From: a virus
Lineage: Duplodnaviria; Caudoviricetes
Reading direction: 5' to 3' (one strand)
Virus record (IMG/VR): IMGVR_UViG_2595698668_000001
Location: 167,744-231,743 of that record
Length of the DNA: 64,000 bases
The notes below the pieces were generated by a model, which saw only the letters and a program-made list of their open reading frames with translations, was not told the origin of the DNA and ran no database searches. Position numbers and translations under genes: made by a program. This document shows, one piece after another, positions 29,675-35,816 of the stretch. Positions within the stretch are counted from its first letter, which is position 1. Each line of letters opens with the position of its first letter.

Positions 29675-29711
29675 ACATTCTTTCTTGTTGTGATATGATG
29701 TTTATATAAAT
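29671..29711 (+). promoter_or_regulatory. tRNA promoter cassette, copy 1 (TTAAAC-17-TATGAT with extended TG)
   Basis: Near-identical cassette at 30828-30868; each sits directly before a tRNA. Confidence 0.7.
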
Positions 29712-29713
29712 GA

Positions 29714-29806
29714 GCGTGAGTGGCGAAGTTGGTTGAAACGCATCGGACTTAAAATCCGATACTGCATAATGGCACATCGTGGGTTCGATTCCCACCTCAC
29801 GCACCA
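29714..29806 (+). tRNA. tRNA-Leu(TAA)
   Basis: GCGTGAG/CTCACGC acceptor, loop CTTAAAA, long variable arm, GGTTCGATTCC, CCA. Confidence 0.93.
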
Positions 29807-29811
29807 AATAC

Positions 29812-29878
29812 GAGATGATAAACTCAAATTCCTTTTTGTTGAATGAGATTTTTGGACGTTATATGAGTTTATCATCTC
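29812..29878. repeat. 15-bp perfect inverted repeat
   Basis: GAGATGATAAACTCA ... TGAGTTTATCATCTC. Confidence 0.85.
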
Positions 29879-30042
29879 TCAAATTTAATATGAGAGGCTT
29901 AATATGAACGTATACATCAGAAATTACATGTGTGAAGTCCTTTGGGTTAGTATCTTCAACGAAGATCACTGTAAAGGTAAATGTGTTAAGATTATGCGTG
30001 GTAAACATTTGAAGCCTTTCTATCAAAAATCGAGATATTAAA

Positions 30043-30432
30043 ATGAAAGTGAAGCTTGGTGCCTATAACCTTAATGAAAAAAGTTCTTTGGTTAATACGA
30101 ACGGTATAAAATTCATTTTGAGTGAACAAGTTATAGATGAATTTTCTAAAAAACTACCTGTTCTAATCAATTTTGGTCAAAAATGTTTTAACATCGATAA
30201 TGTTAGAGATACACCCGATCCGGTTGGTATTCTAAATTCAGTAGAAACTTACAAGAAAGATAATATCATTATTGTTACTGGTGATGTAGAAATAACCAAT
30301 GGTAAAGTATATGATGTTCATGGATGTTTACCTTCTTTTTGTGTCAGAACTTTAACTAATCGTCATGGTGATACTTGCAAAGTTATCGAAATCATTGCAT
30401 GGGACGTGGAAATATATGAAGGTTTATCATGA
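30043..30432 (+). CDS. Hypothetical protein
   Basis: 129-aa ORF in the tRNA region. Confidence 0.6.
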   Translation: MKVKLGAYNLNEKSSLVNTNGIKFILSEQVIDEFSKKLPVLINFGQKCFNIDNVRDTPDPVGILNSVETYKKDNIIIVTGDVEITNGKVYDVHGCLPSFCVRTLTNRHGDTCKVIEIIAWDVEIYEGLS

Positions 30433-30824
30433 ATAAACGTGATATCCATCTCATTGGTATTAGTAAGTTTGTCAAGAAAGGTCTCACTGTTATTCAATCT
30501 AGTTTGATCTTCAAGCAAACAAGTGATGAATGGAAAAATCTCCATGATGTTGATGTGGACAAAATTTATTGCTATATTAACAATGATGGTAAGGATATCT
30601 ACGCAATTGGTAGACTCAAATCCTGTTGTGGGCCTTGGTTGAGTGTTAGTTGTCGTTCTCTTCGTAAAAAAGGTTATATAGCATTTGACTTTAACGATGA
30701 AATTGAGATACCATATGGTTCTGGGATGAAAACTGCTTATAGGGTGTTGTTTTCTGATACCCCTAAATACGAGTATGAAGAAGCCAGACATCCAGTCGCT
30801 TACTTCGAAAAATACTTCAAATAA
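30429..30824 (+). CDS. Hypothetical protein
   Basis: 131-aa ORF with ATGA overlap. Confidence 0.6.
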   Translation: MNKRDIHLIGISKFVKKGLTVIQSSLIFKQTSDEWKNLHDVDVDKIYCYINNDGKDIYAIGRLKSCCGPWLSVSCRSLRKKGYIAFDFNDEIEIPYGSGMKTAYRVLFSDTPKYEYEEARHPVAYFEKYFK

Positions 30825-30827
30825 AAG

Positions 30828-30868
30828 TTAAACATCCTTTCTAACTATGATATGATGTTTATATAAAT
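30828..30868 (+). promoter_or_regulatory. tRNA promoter cassette, copy 2
   Basis: TTAAAC-17-TATGAT, then GTTTATATAAAT identical to copy 1. Confidence 0.7.
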
Positions 30869-30869
30869 T

Positions 30870-30946
30870 GCGCTGTTAGCTCAGTTGGATAGAGCAACGT
30901 TCTTCTAAAGCGTGGGTCACTGGTTCGAATCCAGTACGGCGCACCA
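30870..30946 (+). tRNA. tRNA-Arg(TCT)
   Basis: Cloverleaf, loop CTTCTAA, GGTTCGAATCC, CCA. Confidence 0.95.
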
Positions 30947-31030
30947 CGGGATGTGGTGAAATTGGCAGACACACTAGATTTAGGTTCTAGCGCCATAGGC
31001 GTGACGGTTCGAGTCCGTCCATCCCGACCA
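30947..31030 (+). tRNA. tRNA-Leu(TAG)
   Basis: CGGGATG/CATCCCG acceptor, loop TTTAGGT, CCA. Confidence 0.93.
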
Positions 31031-31031
31031 A

Positions 31032-31107
31032 GCGGGTAAGGTGTTTATGGATACATGCAAGCCTTCCAAGTTTGAGTAGACCGGATCGTTACCGGCTACC
31101 CGCTCCA
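31032..31107 (+). tRNA. tRNA-Gly(TCC)
   Basis: GCGGGTA/TACCCGC acceptor, loop CTTCCAA, atypical T-loop ATCGTTA, TCCA end. Confidence 0.88.
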
Positions 31108-31118
31108 AAATTTAAAAT

Positions 31119-31188
31119 TGATGTGTTACAGCTATCAGCTCACCGTTGAAAAAATACGGATAAGTCGGCTCGACTAAAGAACATATCA
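31119..31188 (+). ncRNA. Small cloverleaf-like RNA candidate (non-canonical)
   Basis: TGATGTGTT/AACATATCA closing stem with three internal hairpins; no TTCG loop or CCA. Confidence 0.4.
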
Positions 31189-31191
31189 TTT

Positions 31192-31268
31192 GGCCCCTTA
31201 GCTCAGTTGGTTAGAGCAGCCGACTCATAATCGGTTGGTCACTGGTTCGAGTCCAGTAGGGGCCACCA
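31192..31268 (+). tRNA. tRNA-Ile2(CAT, lysidine type)
   Basis: GGCCCCT acceptor and overall sequence closely resemble E. coli ileX; loop CTCATAA. Confidence 0.88.
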
Positions 31269-31286
31269 GATAAAGGGAAACGTGAT

Positions 31287-31526
31287 ATGAAAATGGAATA
31301 TGTTGGTGATAACGGATTAAAGTCATTTGATGTAAATTCTCCAACCGAATTGATTTCATATAAACATATCGGGTTTTCTGATTGGGATATCGATATTATA
31401 TCGAATTCCATATCTAAACTATCTGTTATTTATTGGTCCGATACACCTCCTTGGATAAAAGAAAATAAGATATCATGGTGTGTTGATAAAGAACGGTTGA
31501 TAGATTATATTAATAAGAGCTGTTAA
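31287..31526 (+). CDS. Hypothetical protein
   Basis: 79-aa ORF between tRNAs. Confidence 0.5.
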   Translation: MKMEYVGDNGLKSFDVNSPTELISYKHIGFSDWDIDIISNSISKLSVIYWSDTPPWIKENKISWCVDKERLIDYINKSC

Positions 31527-31561
31527 GAGTTCCATAGCTCTCTAAATTATCAAAAGGGATG

Positions 31562-31628
31562 TTGATGCGCGTGTGTAGCCGGGTTATAATGACCAAGATT
31601 CATGAAGGGTGAAAGACCACCCTAAATA
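31562..31628 (+). promoter_or_regulatory. Tandem sigma70-type (TTGATG-17-TATAAT) and late (CTAAATA 31622-31628) promoters
   Basis: Exact 17-nt spacing; directly upstream of the Met-Asn-Tyr...Trp block. Confidence 0.55.
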
Positions 31629-31633
31629 TTCAT

Positions 31634-31711
31634 AGCGGGGTGGAGAAGTCAGGAGTTCTCACCAGACTCATTATCTGGAAATCGGTGGTTCAAATCCACC
31701 TCCCGCTTCCA
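31634..31711 (+). tRNA. tRNA-Met(CAT), atypical
   Basis: AGCGGGG/TCCCGCT acceptor, loop CTCATTA, GGTTCAAATCC, CCA. Confidence 0.85.
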
Positions 31712-31712
31712 A

Positions 31713-31789
31713 TGGCGTGTAACTCAGTAGGTTAGAGTGGCGGACTGTTAATCCGTATGTCGTGGGTTCGAATCCCACCTCGCCAGCCA
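31713..31789 (+). tRNA. tRNA-Asn(GTT)
   Basis: Loop CTGTTAA, GGTTCGAATCC, GCCA end. Confidence 0.92.
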
Positions 31790-31794
31790 ATTCT

Positions 31795-31885
31795 GGATGT
31801 TCGGCTACGATGGCGGTGTAGCGGCGGACTGTAAATCCGTTCCCTCTGGGTAAACAAGTTGGTTCGAATCCAACAGCATCCACCA
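31795..31885 (+). tRNA. tRNA-Tyr(GTA)
   Basis: Loop CTGTAAA, long variable arm, CCA. Confidence 0.92.
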
Positions 31886-31889
31886 AATA

Positions 31890-32038
31890 GAAGAAGTTAG
31901 AAGACGTTCTGATAAAATCCTCGGAGACGATGCCCCCTTGCGGTTTTAGACCGTTACGGATAAGCACGGGGTAATCCAAATCAACCATTATAGGGATGTG
32001 GTCATCTGGTATGCGAATACAGTTGGTTTGGAACTTTT
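31890..32038 (+). ncRNA. ~150-nt structured RNA candidate between tRNA-Tyr and tRNA-Pro
   Basis: Closing GAAGAAGTT/AACTTTTC; CCAAATCAAC/GTTGGTTTGG; TGCCCC/GGGGTA. Confidence 0.5.
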
Positions 32039-32114
32039 CGGTGATTAGCGCAGTTGGTAGCGCGTCTGGTTTGGGACCAGAGGGTCACAGGTTCGAGTCC
32101 TGTATCACCGACCA
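32039..32114 (+). tRNA. tRNA-Pro(TGG)
   Basis: CGGTGAT/ATCACCG acceptor, loop TTTGGGA, CCA. Confidence 0.95.
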
Positions 32115-32390
32115 CTTAGCACAAAGAACGGGTAATGACGTATGCCCCGGAATAAGCCAGCCATAGAGAATCTGGATATCCTGAAACGTGCCATTAGGTT
32201 TCAGGCGGGATTGGTAGTATAAAGACGATATGGTAACTACCCCTTGACAGGCAGGGTGAAACTTGAGGTAACAGTCCTTTACCAAACAACGAACAGATGG
32301 ACAAAAATCGGTTGAACGTCCTTCCTCCTTGTGATAGCATGTCAACCAAGGATATAATCACAGTCTAAGGATCCTGATTATATTCCGCCT
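32115..32390 (+). ncRNA. ~275-nt multi-hairpin RNA candidate between tRNA-Pro and tRNA-Thr
   Basis: CCTGAAAC/GTTTCAGG, GGTAGT/ACTACC, TCCTTG/CAAGGA, ATATAATCA/TGATTATAT, closing CGGAATA/TATTCCG; no sense ORF. Confidence 0.55.
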
Positions 32391-32466
32391 GCCGGGTTAG
32401 CTCAGTTGATAGAGCGACGGTCTTGTAATCCGTAGGTCGTGGGTTTGAGTCCCACACTCGGCTCCA
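32391..32466 (+). tRNA. tRNA-Thr(TGT)
   Basis: GCCGGGT/ACTCGGC acceptor, loop CTTGTAA, CCA. Confidence 0.9.
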
Positions 32467-32472
32467 AATTTT

Positions 32473-33020
32473 GGATTCTCGTCAATAGTCCGGTCTATGA
32501 GAATCGACGCTTTAAGTGGCCCACCGGTATTTGTAAAGAGTGACTGTCTCTAGTGGAAGCTAGAAAATAAAAACCGAACCCCGACCTCTCCCATTACTCA
32601 AATGGTGATGTAGGTTCCTTTCCTGTAATAAGGTTCCTGTCCGCGACGGGTAAAAGGTTACATAGGGAGTCTGCTTGTGAATGACCACTGATCCAAGCCA
32701 TCACATAAGCGCGTCTGTAATGACGTTAAATATAAAGGCTTAGATTCCCGAAAGGGCCTAAGCGTAAAAGAAGGAGCCAGCGAATTTATTTTCTGGTGTA
32801 CCGAGAAACTAGTATATTATTCCTTCCATATAATGTTATATGTTCTGGTTGATATACGTTAGGCGAAAAGGCTTAGATTATCCCTCTGGGATCCTAAGCG
32901 TAAAAGTAACGAGCAAGACCTTCTTGTAGGCTTAACTCATTGGGGTGTTTGAGGTTTACATGTGTGGGCTCGGGTAGCCAATGCTATTAAGTCCGGTGAT
33001 GGTGCGACCGGATCGATTCT
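32473..33020 (+). ncRNA. ~550-nt large structured RNA candidate between tRNA-Thr and tRNA-Trp
   Basis: No ORF of 60 aa or more; long-range AGAATCGA/TCGATTCT; duplicated AAAGGCTTAGATT-hairpin-CCTAAGCGTAAAAG module. Confidence 0.65.
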
Positions 33021-33095
33021 AGGGTGTTAGTATAGTGGTATTATGCCGGATTCCAAATCCGTGCGACTGGGGTTCGAATCCTCAACGCCCTGCCA
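33021..33095 (+). tRNA. tRNA-Trp(CCA)
   Basis: AGGGTGT/ACGCCCT acceptor, loop TTCCAAA, GCCA end. Confidence 0.9.
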
Positions 33096-33274
33096 ATTTA
33101 CGGAACCACAACAACAAGTATGTGCCTTGGTGGTTCGACCTGCTTTGCAGCCGCACATGAAGCTAAAACTTAAAAAGAGAGGTTGTATATGTCACCGCTA
33201 AACGCAAGCCGTTAGGACGTAAAGGTAAAAATAGTGTTTTTGTAAATGGTTATACCAATAGTGGTATTCCGGTT

Positions 33275-33511
33275 TTGTGTAATGTATTTTATCAGTTTGA
33301 AACAAATGGTATTCCGTTGGATATTCTGATAGAGAAATTTTATAATTCCGGTTATATTATTGATTGGGTTTCTTTCGTTAATGATGCTTTCAAGATCGGA
33401 TGGAAGAAAGAAACTGTAATAAAAAAGATAAAGTATGCATTTGATGATATTGAGATAAATGATTCAGATGAAATACTAAACCGAGTGATTAAATACATAG
33501 AAAGCCTGTAA
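33275..33511 (+). CDS. Hypothetical protein with AlaRS-like FETNGIPLD motif (start uncertain)
   Basis: Motif resembles AlaRS YDTYGFPLD; frame is open upstream to 33167 with no ATG. Confidence 0.55.
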   Translation: MCNVFYQFETNGIPLDILIEKFYNSGYIIDWVSFVNDAFKIGWKKETVIKKIKYAFDDIEINDSDEILNRVIKYIESL

Positions 33512-33521
33512 GGAACGATAT

Positions 33522-33773
33522 ATGGGTAAGACATTTCGTCGTAAAAATGAAAAACATCTGGACAGTTGGTATGGTGATGAACTTAAAGTGAATCGGGATC
33601 TGGGAGATAAATATCCTAGTTATCCAGAATCGGGTGTCAAAGATCGTTATAATACATTGAGTCGTCAAAGGGATCGTAAATTGAAACATGATATCATGCA
33701 TGGAAATCACGATGTTTTTGTTGATGATGATTACGAAATGAAAAAGGCTAACGCCGGTTATCAATATAGTTAA
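33522..33773 (+). CDS. Small hypothetical protein
   Basis: AAGGA RBS; MGKTFRRK start. Confidence 0.7.
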   Translation: MGKTFRRKNEKHLDSWYGDELKVNRDLGDKYPSYPESGVKDRYNTLSRQRDRKLKHDIMHGNHDVFVDDDYEMKKANAGYQYS

Positions 33774-33784
33774 GATTTTAAAGT

Positions 33785-34024
33785 GTACGCGCCCCAAGAG
33801 TGGCGCAGCGGCGTCAAACAATACGAGTCAAGGGTAAAGGTGATATCCTGTATTGTCACTAGACGAAAAGAGATCATATTGCCTCGATTATGATCCCCGT
33901 TTTAAAGAGGGTGGTGTGACCTACCACTATCAAAAGGTTGTCGTCTGACACCAAAGACGACGTTCGGCAACGGGGACTTTATCTTGCTTTGACTGGCTTG
34001 ATATAGTCCCCGTTTTTCTTTTTA
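33785..34024 (+). ncRNA. ~235-nt multi-hairpin RNA or attenuator ending in an intrinsic terminator
   Basis: Five consecutive hairpins, then AACGGGGACT/AGTCCCCGTT plus T-run. Confidence 0.55.
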
Positions 34025-34035
34025 TTAACGGAGAA

Positions 34036-34227
34036 TTGGATATGTGGACTGGAATTTTTATTGTGTATTTGATTGGTGTTCTGGTATTCATTACCGCATT
34101 TGGGATTACCGATCATCAAGACCGAGAAGAGGATAGGATCCCTACTTTTAAAGAGGCTATGGATTATCTTGCGGTCTCTGCGTTTTGGCCCGTTTTGATT
34201 GCCATGTCGATTATTCGTAGTCTGTAA
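34036..34227 (+). CDS. Small membrane protein
   Basis: Two hydrophobic segments, FWP motif. Confidence 0.65.
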   Translation: MDMWTGIFIVYLIGVLVFITAFGITDHQDREEDRIPTFKEAMDYLAVSAFWPVLIAMSIIRSL

Positions 34228-34265
34228 CCCCTAAATATGTTCATAACAACTTTAGGAGAATTTAA

Positions 34266-34472
34266 ATGGCTATGATGCATGAGAAAAGTCATGCCCGAGA
34301 GGGTCGTGGTGGTGCCAATGGTGGCAATGAAAAATGGTATAACTCCAAGCTATGGGAAAACGTAGAAGCCAAACAGGTTAGTCTGGATGCAAAGCCGGAT
34401 GAACTGTTGAAAGAGAAAGAAGGTGAAGACCTTCGGGCAAAACAGCGTCGCATGTTCGCGATGGCTTATTAA
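34266..34472 (+). CDS. Small late protein
   Basis: CTAAATA at 34231-34237; AGGAG RBS. Confidence 0.7.
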   Translation: MAMMHEKSHAREGRGGANGGNEKWYNSKLWENVEAKQVSLDAKPDELLKEKEGEDLRAKQRRMFAMAY

Positions 34473-34500
34473 AATAAACTAATAAGAAGGTAAAACAGAT

Positions 34501-35055
34501 ATGATGATATCGCCAAACAGTTTCTTTAGAGACGAATATGTTAGTATGGTAAACAAAAAATTAAAATTATTTAAAAGATCTGAATATATAGACAGGAGCC
34601 GATTGATGATGTCTCCTGATGCATTCCAACAAGAGTTGGGGACTATATGCTTGGATATGGGAAGACAAACAGGAAAAACATCTGCTGCTATTATGTTGTT
34701 AGAAGAACATAAAGACGCTTTGTATGTTGTTCATAACCATCCTACTATCAGATCTATATTGTCGGTGGCACCACATTTAAAAGACCAAGTGTTGTCGATT
34801 AGCGACTTTGTTAATAGGTTTTATTCTCGTGGTACATACAATCATGTTATTCATGGAAGTAGGATTGAAAAATATAGTATGATCATTATTGATGAACCGT
34901 ATTTCACATGTACCAATGGTCAGAGACAATTTACTAATCGTAATAGTTGTTCATATCACTTGGATGGTGGTAAAGAAATAAATACCACATACGGTCTAAT
35001 TAGTTATGCCGCATTTAGGATGGATTCATTAATCGTTAAATTGGGAATGCAATGA
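34501..35055 (+). CDS. Stand-alone P-loop ATPase (T4 NrdC.10-like)
   Basis: GRQTGKT Walker A, IIIDEP Walker B. Confidence 0.7.
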   Translation: MMISPNSFFRDEYVSMVNKKLKLFKRSEYIDRSRLMMSPDAFQQELGTICLDMGRQTGKTSAAIMLLEEHKDALYVVHNHPTIRSILSVAPHLKDQVLSISDFVNRFYSRGTYNHVIHGSRIEKYSMIIIDEPYFTCTNGQRQFTNRNSCSYHLDGGKEINTTYGLISYAAFRMDSLIVKLGMQ

Positions 35056-35453
35056 AAATAGCTTATAAATATGATATGAAACGAATCTCAGATAGAGTAT
35101 CTATATTCGTTACTCTTGGATTGAAGACTGTTGCAAAGATTCACTATCTCCATCTTACAACCAACAATTATGCGCTTCATATGGCACTGGATGAGTTCTA
35201 TAAAGAATTCCCAGATGACTACCTTGATTCGGTAGCAGAAAGCGCCTTGGCTAACGATATCGAGTTGGTATACAACCACTTCGAAGTTGCGTCAGACGAT
35301 GCCCTAGGTGTGTTACAGGGGCTATATGACAACGGTTCGGAGTTGGCTGAGTTACTTGATGGAAAACCAGAGTTTAAAGGAACTTTAAACGCACTTGAGG
35401 ATTCATTGGAGTTCATTAAGCTGGTGATCTACAAGGTAAAACGTTTCAAATAA
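35052..35453 (+). CDS. Ferritin/Dps-like four-helix protein
   Basis: H..H...NYALHMALDEFY...D..AE pattern. Confidence 0.65.
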   Translation: MKIAYKYDMKRISDRVSIFVTLGLKTVAKIHYLHLTTNNYALHMALDEFYKEFPDDYLDSVAESALANDIELVYNHFEVASDDALGVLQGLYDNGSELAELLDGKPEFKGTLNALEDSLEFIKLVIYKVKRFK

Positions 35454-35531
35454 AAACATCCCTCGTCTATTGACGGGGGATTTTCATTTGTGTATAGTGA
35501 AGAAACTATAAGAATAAAAAGGAATAAAAAG

Positions 35532-35783
35532 ATGTACGATGTAAAACGTGTTATTGAAATCTGCGAAGAAGCTTACGAAAAGGTAGAAGTTGTTGATATG
35601 GGTAACTATACCAAGATCAAAACTTTCTACACTAAAGTTTGCTTTTTTGATGAACCATGTGAAATGGTATGTGAATATATTGTTGGTGTTATGGAATCCG
35701 GTATTGTTGTTACTAGATTCAAAGACAAACGGATGATGGTATTCAAGACGATTGAAGAGTTTTCTTATTGGGTAGATGCCTAA
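35532..35783 (+). CDS. Hypothetical protein
   Basis: ATG after AAGGA RBS. Confidence 0.6.
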   Translation: MYDVKRVIEICEEAYEKVEVVDMGNYTKIKTFYTKVCFFDEPCEMVCEYIVGVMESGIVVTRFKDKRMMVFKTIEEFSYWVDA

Positions 35784-35816
35784 ATACCAAGGTAATCAAC
35801 CTATAGGAAAATTAAA

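Noticed and set aside
32085-32345. Minus-strand ORFs over the tRNA cluster (also 29592-29807, 31211-31411, 31671-31988)
   Set aside because: Reverse complements of tRNA or structured RNA sequence (GFEP-type artefacts)
32473-32510. Possible HDV-like (theta) ribozyme after tRNA-Thr
   Set aside because: Nested P1/P2/P3-like pairing is present, but there is no J4/2 strand with a catalytic C and no P1.1, and the tRNA already encodes CCA
32734-32906. Duplicated module as a mini-CRISPR array
   Set aside because: Only two copies, variable interior, ~96-nt separation and no cas genes
32115-33020. RNase P RNA, tmRNA or group I intron identity for the large RNAs
   Set aside because: By eye I found no GAGGAAAGUCC/P4 signature, no tRNA-Ala-like ends with a tag ORF, and no P7 core or interrupted gene; a covariance search is still needed
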